A stretch of 64,000 nt of DNA from positions 1,798,001 through 1,862,000 of the forward strand of contig JAMWBK010000001.1 of assembly GCA_029953675.1 (NCBI GenBank). Reading direction: 5' to 3'. Under the pieces are notes generated by a model. The model did no database searches. It was not told the origin of the DNA and worked only from the letters and a program-made list of their open reading frames with translations. Every line of letters begins with the position of its first letter. Position 1 is the stretch's first letter. Made by a program: the position numbers and the translations under genes. This document shows positions 51,296 through 62,462 of the stretch, piece by piece. This DNA is from Rhodosorus marinus CCMP1338 (Eukaryota > Plantae > Rhodophyta).

Positions 51296-51505
51296 CTAGC
51301 CGGAAACAAAGTTGGATTCTTGTAAGGCAATCTTTAAACGTGCGAAGTGCTCGTCGAGTCCCGGTTCATCCATAGCTGATGTCGCCGTTCTCGACAGGGA
51401 AGATTCTGATGACCCCTCGGCGTAGTTGGGTATACCACTAAGAGCACCAATGCATGCAAGGTATGTAGCTTCGTCCTCGGCACCGTGTTCAGATCTACGT
51501 ACCAT
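51296..51505 (-). CDS. Possible exon of a small orphan gene
   Basis: ATG-started 69-aa ORF in coding-like sequence between EF1A and NOG1; no homology recognised. Confidence 0.2.
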   Translation of the reverse strand: MVRRSEHGAEDEATYLACIGALSGIPNYAEGSSESSLSRTATSAMDEPGLDEHFARLKIALQESNFVSG

Positions 51506-52167
51506 CTTTCGGCATCAAAATCGCCGCGGATACATCCTCACCAAGTCAGTGGCTACTTCGCACTGCTCCTACAGCCGCTCTCGGTGGAGGTTGCTCCCTG
51601 TTCGGACCACAGTCTCCGCTCATACCATAGCACTAACTTTCAACGCAGCGCATTTGCTTATAGATAGTTATCTTTATGCACGTCTCGTGCTCGCGGACAA
51701 CTACGATCATTTCAAGTCGTCATTGTCCCAACCGCGGATCATCAATCCCATTCCCTAAAACCCCAAAAAACTAGTGTCACTTGAAACTAACATCGAACCG
51801 AGAAAAACCATTGGAGAAGCTCACCCTACTGATAACAAATCATGAACGGTAAAACGACCTTAATAAGCCTTATGAGTTTTTAAGATACGTAATTGGATAT
51901 TATTAGGTTTGATAAGTTCGGTTACCGCCGACGCGTATGTTTCTTCAGAATGTCCCGGACGCTTAAGAGTATAGAGAGAGCTGACTTGGGAGCTACCGTG
52001 CTGCTGGTGGGGAGGTCGATGGGTGGAGAATGACAGTGTTCTGTCAGAATTGATGTTAATTAACTGTCTGCCTGGTCAGTTCCAGTGGTTTGTCTAAGGT
52101 TCGAGGGGAGGGGACTGACCTGTTCGTTTTTTGGGGGGTGCGTGAGTTTGAGGTTTAAACAGCTACG

Positions 52168-54408
52168 ATGGTGGTTTATAATTTTCGGAAAATACGGGTT
52201 GTACCCATTTCAAAGGACTTCATTGATGTTGGCCTGTCCAAAACTCAGAGGAAGACACCGACAGTTGTGCACAAGGGATACGCCATCGGGAGAATCAGAA
52301 GCTTCTACATGCGCAAAGTGAAGTATACGCAGCAGACTTTCTACGACAAGCTAGCGCAAATCCTGGAGGATTTTCCGAACATAGCTGAGATGCACCCTTT
52401 CTACTCAGATTTGTTGAATGTACTATACGATAAGGTGAGTTCTCTTCGTGGATAGCAAATCAGAGTAACCCCCGAGCTGCCCGGCCTAAGCTTGTTGCTG
52501 ACCATTCTGCCGCATGTCCATACTACGAACTGTTCAGGATCATTTCAAGCTGGCTCTTGGGCAGCTGGCGAAGGCGAAAACTCAGATCAACACAATCGCC
52601 AGGGATTACCTCAGACTCTTAAAGTACGGAGACTCGTTGTATCGATGCAAGCAGTTGAAGCGAGCAGCCCTCGGTCGCATGTGCACGCTCATGAAACGTC
52701 ACAACTCCTCGTTGGCTTACCTTGAACAGGTGCGGTACTTTTTCAAATAGAGCCGGCCATGTCAAACGCCTCTTTACCATGATCTGGTCCAGAGCCGTTC
52801 TGACTCGAGAATTTTCGTCATCTTTTTATGAATGCTTAGGTTCGACAACATATGTCTAGGCTGCCAAGCATTGACCCATCAACTCGAACCCTGCTTATCG
52901 CTGGGTTTCCAAATGTAGGAAAGTCGTCGTTTATCAACAGGGTCACCAGGGCTGACCTGGACGTGCAGCCTTACGCTTTCACTACGAAAAGTTTATTTGT
53001 CGGCCACATGGACTACAAGTATCTTCGTTGGCAAGTTATTGACACCCCTGGGATCCTGGACAAGATGCTGGAGGACAGGAACACCATCGAAATGCAGTCT
53101 ATAACTGCGCTGGCTCATCTCAGGGCCTGCGTGCTCTTTTTCATTGACCCATCTGAGACGTGTGGGTTTACAATGGCGGAGCAGATCAAGCTTTTCAAGT
53201 CGCTGGTCCCTCTTTTTGTGAACAAGCCTGTGGTTCTTGTTGCCAACAAGACGGACCTCGGCTGGGAGGCTGAGCTGGGAGAGGAACACAAACAAGCAAT
53301 CAACGATTTAGTTGTGGACAGCGAAACTGGTTCGCGCGACAATGAGTCAGGGCGCGTTGCAGACCTCTTCCTAAAGATGTCAGCGCAGGATGAGATTGGC
53401 GTCATGGAAGTTCGGAACAAAGCATGCGAGTTGCTATTGAAGGATCGGGTGGAATCTAAAGTCCGAAACAAGAAGACGCAGTCAGTACTGGGCCGACTCC
53501 ACGTCGCTACTCCCGCGACAGTGCGGCAGCCTCATATTCCACAGTCAGTCTTGGAGCAGAGGGCGAAGATGGCAGAGCAAAACGAGTCAATGAGAGACGA
53601 AGAAGAGGATGAAGATCGCACAGAAGCTGAGGATACCCCGATTCGCAAACTAGAGAAGGATGTACAATGGGAGTACGGAGGCCCAGGCGTATATTCGTCA
53701 GACTGGAGGAAACAGTACACTCTCAAGGACGAGGACTGGCGGTACGATGTTATCCCGGAAATTGTTGATGGGAAGAATATAAGTGACTTTGTTGACCCGG
53801 AGATTGAGACGAAGCTGGAGGAACTCGAGAAGGAGGAAGAGGCTCGTGAGGCTACTGTCGAGATGCTGGTCGAGGACGATCATGACCTGCCAGACCTAGA
53901 CGAAGAACAGATGGCGAAGGTCAAGGCTATCAAGGAGAAGAAACTGATGATGAAAGCAAAAACCGTCCGTGAGAAAGTCAAAAATCGTCCCACTGTTTCC
54001 CATGCACAGCGTGGTAAGCTTCAGGAGCTGTCCGGAAAGGATCTACGAAGTCATCTCGAGGATATCGGCATGGATGAGGAAGAGGTCGATGAGGTTTCGA
54101 AGAACGTTTTGGAGGCCGCAGGGTCAAGAAAACGTGGAAGAGATGAAGCTGAGATTCCTGAGGAACTGCTTCTGGAGGAGATTACGAGACAGCGGCTTGA
54201 TCCAAGCGAATTGCAGGAAGGTACCCGAGGTACGAGCGGATTGCAATCGTCAGCAAGAAGAGCCGAGGCCAGAGCAATGAAGCGGAAGAGTCAGAAGATC
54301 TTCAAGAAGACTGCGAAAAAGGGCGAAGGGGATCGATCAATTCCGACGAAGAAACCGAAACATCTGTACAGCGGAAAGACAGGCAGAGGTGGCACCGATC
54401 GCAGATAG
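52168..54408 (+). CDS. NOG1: Nucleolar GTP-binding protein 1, 3 exons
   Basis: MVVYNFRKI...[16 protein letters not shown]; [10 protein letters not shown]; [12 protein letters not shown]; DTPGILD; NKTD; C-terminal PKHLYSGK. Confidence 0.97.
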
Positions 54409-54624
54409 GCGCTCGAGGTTTTCTGATTTCTATCCTTTATCGTATTTATGAGTCGAACAGCACGTCAAAAATGGTTGTTCACTTGTCAGCCGTAGCTCAT
54501 CACGGGGCTTCAAACATGTGTCCAATTGCTAATCCTATAAAAGCCAGTTTGGAAGAGGGAAGCGATCATTCGTCGATGGTCTCTCAGGCCAGAAATCCAT
54601 GGTTTACAGGAGACATCTTGTCAT

Positions 54625-55364
54625 ACCTGCAGCATGATGGCGCGCACTGCTTGGCAAGCCAGCGAGGCTATCTTTGTTAAGTTGGCTATGGCGACCGTGA
54701 TCAGGTGCCGGTAGGGCGTCCTCCAAGAGGGAGTTGGTCCCAAGGTTTGGAGACCCGTTCATTCAGGTAAAAGTGTGATGTTCCACGCTTTAACTGCTCG
54801 GATATTCCTCGCTATTTAAAACCAGTTAGGCAGCATGTACACTTTGCAAGACCAAAGTGAGTTGCGTGCCCATTTCCAAATTGACCTTGACAGACATTTG
54901 CAGCCTCAACTGGGGCATCAGCAAGATCGTCAATAGCGGACTATGCATATCTCGGCGCTTGTCGATCATTATACCTTCTGCTACTTATCTTCTCTAGTTG
55001 ATGCGAACACACTGGGCCGGTTCCTGACGGCGGAACCGGCTTCCATTTGGGGTCTCTGCGTAGATCACCCAGAACCTTTGTTAAGTATGAATCCCTTGAT
55101 CCATTTAGCCTTTTCTATTCACTGGATTGGAGCCATTTGGACACTGAGAAGTGAACCAACACCGAGACTAGGCCATTCGGAAACATCTACTAGAGTCCGT
55201 CCACGATGCTCTTCCATCAGCCTCGAGTTGGTTGCAAGCTGATCGTGGGGTGTGGTAACCCACAGCATACAACAACAGATTCGCAGAGCGTTGCCGTGTA
55301 AAGGCTTCTTATCACTCTCATGACAATCCAGCAGTTCCCTATTGGCAACCGGTAGATTCTGCAT
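54625..55364 (-). CDS. Possible unidentified multi-exon gene divergent from LAS1
   Basis: ATG-started 81-aa ORF (55119-55364) plus downstream exon-like pieces; two putative introns both end ACTTAACAAAG. Model incomplete. Confidence 0.25.
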
Positions 55365-55504
55365 TTATGCACATACCGTCGGCAGTCCTCTTCGGATGTG
55401 AATGAAGTAGAGGGCCTTCGTAAGTACGCGGCGGGGTGGTGGCCAAGGTCAAGTTGGATAGCGTTCTCGATAGTTCCTGTTCATCGGAACGTTGAGCGTG
55501 AAAG

Positions 55505-56883
55505 ATGGGCGCTCGTCGCGTTCCTTGGTCGGATTGGGAGGAATGGTGGGAGGTGATTGACGGACTCCTGAAATGGGAGGAGTCGCCTGATGGTGCTAGA
55601 CGGGCTTTGGAGCGTGTTTGTGCTTGGAGAGCCCGATCTGTACTTTCTGTTGCTGTGGATGGGGTCGCTTCGCTGGTTGAGGTGCTGCTTCAACCCTCTT
55701 GCGAGACAACGAGACTGGCAATGGGGTTGGTGCTCACTAGGGTTGTTAACGCACTCACAGAAAAGGAACAGTCGGGCCGAGTCGCAGCGCCATTGTCTGT
55801 TCTTGGTGCAGCACTGGGACTGCCTGAAGGCTTGGTCGAGCTACGACACGACGCAACTCACAATGCCCTGCCCACACTGGCCGCCATGCGAACATCATCA
55901 AAGCAGTGTTTGTCGTTCTTCTACGAAACATACATTCTACCTCAGTATGAGCTGTCCATGAATCGAGGTGCCGGAATTATCTCGAATGCCGAGAATGAAT
56001 CCGGGGACTTTGGCTCCGCGCTCCACTTGGAAACCGCCCGTCTATCACAGGCTCACCAGGCAGGTGACCAACGCGCCGCCCGCGACGCTTTCGATGTCCT
56101 CATAAGCATGTTAGAAAGAGCCCTGCCAGCGGGGAGCACAAGACCGGATCAAGCTTTGTGGACGACTATTCGAGCGCTGATGCCGCTAGCACACAAGGAA
56201 GACGCCCGAGAGGTGATCAACAGGTGTGCTTCCGTTCTAAATCTTCCCGCGGCTCAAAAGGCAAGGTTCGAGTCTCTCATCGAAATCTCGGAACCAGAAT
56301 TTTTTCATGCGGTTCGTACTCCAAGCATACAAACCGAACCATTGTCGAGCTTTTTATTATTACACGAAATATACACATGCCGTGGCTCCTAAATTCGCAT
56401 GCTTTTCGCTGTACAATACGGACAAAAACTGCCGCTTTGCAGAACTCGAGCGATTGGGAAAAAGTGCTTGGCGCGCTCATGGAACAAGATCCCCTAGTGG
56501 AAACCACCGAAAAGATATCTTCGCTTCTGGAAGTAAGCTGCAAACAACCCTTTCGCCAATCGCGTCTGCCTCCTCGAACTGACCGACCTCAACTTTCCAA
56601 CCTGCTTGTGAAATGATCCTCTTCGCTCGTTCGAAAGTCGAGACACCGATCAACCTGGAAAGGGAGGTCTCCATGGTCCCTTTGCCCTGCTAAAGAATGG
56701 GAAGGCATTCCATTGGGACTGCTACCCGGTTCTTCGAAAGTACCCAAGTTGGTTCGAGAGGGCTCGCATAGTCCCGACGAAAATAATTCCGCGTTGATTG
56801 ATGACCCTGTTGGGGTTCCGTCGATAACCCTGCAACAGATTGATACGATGTCTCGGCATCTAGTAGAGCTGTTAGAAAGCTAG
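55505..56883 (+). CDS. LAS1: Las1-like pre-rRNA endoribonuclease, 3 exons
   Basis: RRVPWSDWEEW, VCAWRAR, LTRVVN, LVELRHDATHNALPTL (HEPN RHxxTH); phase-0 introns; C-terminal W...EWEGIPLGLLPG; TAG 56881-56883. Confidence 0.85.
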
Positions 56884-56884
56884 C

Positions 56885-58121
56885 CTAGCTGCCGTCTTTG
56901 ACCGCGACATCAACCATGTTGATCAGAGCCGAACGAACGGGTGAGTTTGAGGTCAGCTGCCTGGCAGCCTCAATTGCAGATTCCGCGTGGAGCATGGCCT
57001 GCGCAGCAGTCCTCTCTATACCTCCACTTGTGCGGATCGACTCAAGGGCGCCGAGAGGATCATCGTTAGTACCACTGAAGCCCCTAGACAATGCGTCTTT
57101 GAAGTGCTCGTCTCCCTCCGCAGTATGAAGAACCGGCCCAGTGGCGCTCATGGCCAGCAAATTTCTCACACTCTCCCTTCGAAGTCTCTCAGATGTTACT
57201 CGCTCCATATTCCGGACATCCGATGCCAGTCGATACGCCATACCTACGGGTCATCGGCAACGATAAAAAGAAGAGAGGCAAGCTTGAACAGGGGAGACAT
57301 GGTTTGCACAAGGCTTGCAGATGGCAGCGCGGTGAAGCGTGTTTTGGACGCCCTTGATCTCGCTCGTGTTAAGTAGTGGTAAGCTCTGGCGGCTGATTCC
57401 TACCGAGGTGCTTTCCGTACGCAAACGCTGTGGCAACGTCAGCCTCTGACCGGTTTTCCAAGGTCATGACAGCTGTTCCTGCGTTTGCTAGCAAAGCCGC
57501 GGTTTTGAGAAAGCTCTTCTTGATGTAGTCATCGAAGGTCTCCGCCGGGTTTGGGCTTTCTCGGTGGAGTACATCACCGTGTACGATCGCCTCGATGACG
57601 TTTGCCATGAGTTCAACAACGCGACAGTTTCTGAGCTCGGCGAGCAATGTCACGGATCTCGCCAGGAGAAAATCGCCAGCCAGAAGTGATAGACCATTGC
57701 TGAGGCCAATACCCAATCTCGGATTGTCTTTTTTCATGTCAGCATCATCCACAATCTCGTTATGTAGAACTGAAGCTATGTGCAACATTTCAACAACCTC
57801 CGCGAACTTTCTATGGATGGTCATCCTGTGCTCATCTCCATCAGTGACCGCATGAGCGAGCAGCAGTACAGTAACCGGTCGGAATCTCTCCCTCCTCAAA
57901 GACAAAAAATATTCAGCAGCTCGTTCCAGTACAGGGGAAGCCTCATAACCTTTGACTGACTCCTCCACGGATTTTGCAACCTCCTGCAAATCCGCTTCAC
58001 ACATTCTAAAAGGATCTACCGATGCACTATGATCCTCAGCTCCACTCAAATCAACTCCATTTCTCAGGATCCCTCCTCGGCTCCTCATCAACCAGTTTGT
58101 GATCACACGTGGACGCCACAT
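56885..58121 (-). CDS. Trans-polyprenyl diphosphate synthase homolog with degenerate DDxxD motifs (PDSS2/Dlp1-like), 2 exons
   Basis: RFRP, EMLHIASVLH, LLAGDFLLARS, YIKKSFLKTAALLAN, AYGKHLG|MAYRL. First Asp-rich motif HNEIVD, second ASDVRN. Arg-rich, acid-free N-terminus. Intron 57244-57403. Confidence 0.85.
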
Positions 58122-58330
58122 CGCCACGAAACTCTAGGAAAAATATTTCAACCCCCCCCCCCAAACCCCCAAATCCAATCCCATAGACAAGCAATCCAAC
58201 GACCTTCTCACTCGCCCCGAAACCTTTCTTCAAATATCTTCCATCCTTTTCATGCCATCGAAAGCTCTAATAAGAAAACCATTAGCTTCCAGTGCGATGA
58301 ATGGAGTTTCTCACCAAACACCGATCTGGT

Positions 58331-58645
58331 CATCGAGACTTTGGATGCCAACGAATGGCTCACCGTCACCATTTCCACAGCCGTTGTAGAGAAAATGCTC
58401 TCCAATCGAAATGCGATGACAACCACAGTGGAGTGGAGATGAATCCTTTGGGATTTGTAGGGCGAACGTTAGTGGATTGTGGTCTTCTTGAAGACTCCCA
58501 GCAGCCCTGTTTATACATAGTTAGTGTTAGTTGATGATTGGTATGACGATGCTCTGTTGTTCGCCTTGCGAATGGAAAATTCGCGTCGTCGACAACGGCC
58601 GTAGAAATGGCGACGGTAAGTAATTTGGTGGTAGCAAAGTCGATC
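58331..58645. repeat. Diverged inverted repeat, arms 58331-58391 and 58588-58645
   Basis: ctcaccgtcaccatttccacagccgttgtagag versus (minus strand) cttaccgtcgccatttctacggccgttgtcgac, with weaker similarity upstream. Confidence 0.7.
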
Positions 58646-59178
58646 GTAATACTCCCGAGCACGCTCGAAGACGCGTCTTCAAGAGCAGCACTGCTCTCAG
58701 CGTGCAAGCGATGGGCGATCCTGGTAGGCGAACTAGCACGTGCCAGTCCATAGCTATATCAATTTTGTTGTTTGCAGGGATATTGAGCTAGGGAGTTGAT
58801 ATGACAGACTATGGTTTTTTTTTCTTTTCTGAGAAGATCCTGGCTGGTTGTTGCGTATGTATGGGGATCTCTGCGGGGAGGGTTACAGACTTGGCCTGTT
58901 CGTGGATCTCCGGGGTAGTCGCTTGAAGCCGTTGGGCTCCGCAGGTGAGTTGGGTTGCCAACTCACCTGCGGAGGATTGCAGAAATCTGGTCGGTTGCTT
59001 CTGGTATCGTTCATCAATAGACCGTCATGCAGCCTTTGTTAAAGGCAAGAGGCTCTCACGGCTCACCTTCTTTACGAAGCTCTTGCCTTTGGTATACCAT
59101 GGCAATGACGTGCGCCCGAGCTACAATTTTTCAAAATTAAACAAGGACAGAAACGAAGCGGCATCGATGCAGATGAGA

Positions 59179-59218
59179 TTGAAACAGTGCTCAAGTTTAT
59201 CCTTGAGCACTGTTTCAA
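59179..59218. other. Perfect 17-bp stem, 6-nt loop hairpin
   Basis: ttgaaacagtgctcaag-tttatc-cttgagcactgtttcaa. Confidence 0.9.
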
Positions 59219-59929
59219 ACACCAAGCCAATTGGACTATCGACTGTTTGTGTTTATTCAAACCTTGAACCGCTTTCGTACTGGTCAGAGTGGTGGATGAT
59301 TCTTGTCCTCGAGATTACCACTTAGTTCCGATTCAGGTCAGGTGAGCTGCAACCGTTCAGGGATAACCCAAATTCGTAAAAACTCAGTCCAAACTACTCA
59401 GAGCTCGACAAGCTTACCGCTTGGGGCTCTGCCAACTCCCAAAGCTCCCGCAGACTGATGGCCATTGGCTCTTCCAGCAATCTCAAGAAAGAGTAAATAA
59501 ACGATTCCAATCTACCAATCTAAATCCTTACAGAGTTCCTCCCAGCTATAATCAATACTCTAATTGGTTCAAAACTTGTTATTGTAGTGATATAAAGTCC
59601 TAATAGTACGAGCATAGCAAATTAAGACTCACCAGCCTGTCTCTAAAAGCCAATAATAATTCTTAGTTTGTTTTAATTTGCTGACAATTCATCCGTTCAA
59701 TATTCTGTCACTTCCGAACAGAACATAGAATTAGGAGGGGGGGTGGTAGCCGATACAACGACAAGAACCGAAGGATAAAAATACTAATTAATTTATAATT
59801 TGTATTAATACTTTTATTTTTCTTGGGTCTCATCAGGGGTAGGATAGTGCTTGCTGAAGTACTTTTCTTCCTTATGAGTTGGTCGGACTTAGTTTCGCCT
59901 CTCGGCAAGCCCAGCTTGAAGAGGGTGGT

Positions 59930-59958
59930 TAGTCTGGGGTTACGTTAGTCTGGGGTTA
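59930..59958 (+). repeat. Second locus of the TAGTCTGGGGTTACGT repeat, about 1.8 copies
   Basis: tagtctggggttacgt tagtctggggtta. Confidence 0.85.
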
Positions 59959-60267
59959 AAGGAGAACCTAGTACAGTAGGTGCTGTGTTTCTGGAGGCAG
60001 CGCAGGGACTGAGAAGCTTCAAGATACACATCTAGAGAGGATAGTGGGATAACTAGATCCTAGTTAAGAGCTGAGGACTGTTTGTGTAGTGTTTTGAGGG
60101 ACGTTGGTTAGGGCTAGGTAGGGTTGAGAGGATTGTCACCTTGGGTGGAGGGTTGGTAGGTTGAGGTTCTCGCGCTGCTGGTGACGAGGCTATTTGGTCT
60201 TGTTCTCGGTGTTTTATTCGGTGAGGGCAACTGAGCTGTCGAAGTAGGGTGGCACTGACCTTTCAAG

Positions 60268-62462
60268 ATGGGTGAGGATAGAAAGCCCGGCATTGTTCGG
60301 AGAGTGCTGGTGATGTTCGGCTGGCCTGACGCGATTGAGATGAAGCCAGCGAGTGAGTATGATCTGCATTCTGAGGAGTACTACAACCGAATCGCATGGA
60401 ATTTTGCAAAAGTGATTTATCCTGTTCTCCTTACAATGATCGCGACGCTCTACTTGCGAGGTGAGTGGTGCTCTTTAACTCTTAAGCGACTCTGTTCTTG
60501 ATTGAGATGCAATTTTTGCAGCAGGCAATTTGTATCCATCCAAGGGTGCAGCTTCGCTCAGCTCAAATCTTGGGCCAATCTCTTCTCGCTCCCTTGCGTG
60601 TCATGGATAGGATCTTACGGAGACTATGCTTGTGAATACGACGGGTCGAACCTCAACGGATTCAGCAATGATTTTAATCCGGAGGACCCGAGCTCCTTCG
60701 GGCAAAGCGATGATTTCGATGCAACGACAATATTTATAATAATTATAGTGGTGTGGTTCGTCTTTTTGATCCTTGCGACGTTTGGGCTTGTTTTCGTCCT
60801 GAAGCGCAACCTGGACTGGATCCTCTTCAGCCTATTGTACCTTTCAGTCTTCATCTTCCTCGGAATCATAGGAGGCAGATATCTATTCTATTGGGTGAGG
60901 AGTGTATGTTGGAATTTCGATTGGATAACACTCGTCTTCTTGACTGGGAATTTCTGTGCTGGTGGTATAATTGCTATATTTTGGAAGGCTCCTAGGTACG
61001 ATCCTGCCCCCTTCCAAGTATTCCTTTCTAGCCCAGGGCCGTTTTGGGGTCACGCGGAACGGGAGGACTCCGTTTGTACGACCACCCTCTCTTACCCTAT
61101 CTGCTTTTTCTCTTTTTTTTGTTGCGTTTTCCTACAGATGGATGAACCAAGGCTACCTCGTTGCTTTGAGTGCGCTCATGGGTAATATTTTTGATTCATC
61201 AGCTCCCGCATGGACTCTATGGGTGTTGTTGGGTCTACTTGTAGCATGGGATCTGTTCGCAGTGTTGGCACCTTGCGGCCCACTGCAGGAGTTGATCAAG
61301 GTCGCCGGGGAAAGGTATCTTGGAGACACCACTGACCCATAGCGTTTGTTAGCTGCGTCCGATCAGCGAAAATGGTGATTAACGATTCCTCATTTCGTGT
61401 CAACTCGCCCGCGGCAGGCAAAATGATCTGTCTGGAATGTTGTATGACACAAACCCGGTCGCACGTGGTAGGGAGGATCCAGCCGAGCTGAGAAGGAGAA
61501 AGGGTGAGCCGCATATGCTCATGTGCTAGAGTACACCTGCACGCAGATATCATTCTTAAAGTCTACTTTCGGCTGTTGTTTATTGAAGAGCGCCGAAATC
61601 GCAGACGGCAGAACAATGAGGAAGTAGCAGGTTCTGCACCCGCGACACCGGATGTCACTGGAGCCGAAATTGAGCCCGAAACACCGGCTCCGAGCTCACA
61701 GCCTATATATCGTGCTGAAAGACGCGACGGGTCAGGAACTGAAGAGTACATCCCTTCAAGTCGAACAGCGACACAGGATGGCACTGGAACCGGAACTGAG
61801 CCCGAAACACCTGCTCCGAGGTCACAACTTATTTATCGTGCTGCAAGACGCAACGGGTCTGGAACTGAAGAGTATATCCCTTCGAGTCGAACAGCTGTGA
61901 TCGATCCCCCATCAGGTGGCGATGAGGAAATTGTTGATTACAACATTGCGGGCACCAATACTGCGGACCAACCAAACGGATATTCGCATTTGGCAAAGCC
62001 AGAGGAAACTCCAGAGAATCGGTTCGCTACGCCTGCTGCTTTGTCCCGCCCGGTAGAACATGGCCGTGGCGGTACCCAGGCACAAGTAGACGATGCGAGC
62101 AAGTTTTTGGACAAGAACGTGAAGCTCGGATTGGGTGACTTTGTGTTCTACAGTGTCCTGGTTTCAGTGTCTGCGCGCTTTGGATTCATGGAAGTGGCGA
62201 CGAGTTTCAGTGGAGTAGTGGCGGGGCTTTGTCTCACGTTTGTAATCCTTATCACACACCAGCGACCACTTCCGGCTCTGCCCATCTCGCTGACGTTTGG
62301 ACTAATCGCCTTTTTCGTTACGCGGTAAGTGCTTGAGACAGATCAGATTTTCAAAGCGGACCGTTTCTGAAGAATTGATTACGTCTTTTCCTCATGCGCA
62401 CTACCAGATACTCGCTGAACCCTTTTGTGGGGAATCTTCTCGAGAACATGTTATTCAACTGA
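60268..62462 (+). CDS. PSEN: Presenilin (gamma-secretase catalytic subunit), multi-exon
   Basis: DWITL...NF...G..AIFWK, WTLWVLLGLLVAWDLFAVLAPCGPL, VKLGLGDFVFYSVLV, PLPALPIS; last exon YSLNPFVGNLLENMLFN*. Confidence 0.93.
61672..61896 (+). repeat. In-frame duplication (126-nt period) in the presenilin cytosolic loop
   Basis: EPETPAPSSQPIYRAERRDGSGTEEYIPSSRTA versus EPETPAPRSQLIYRAARRNGSGTEEYIPSSRTA. Confidence 0.9.
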
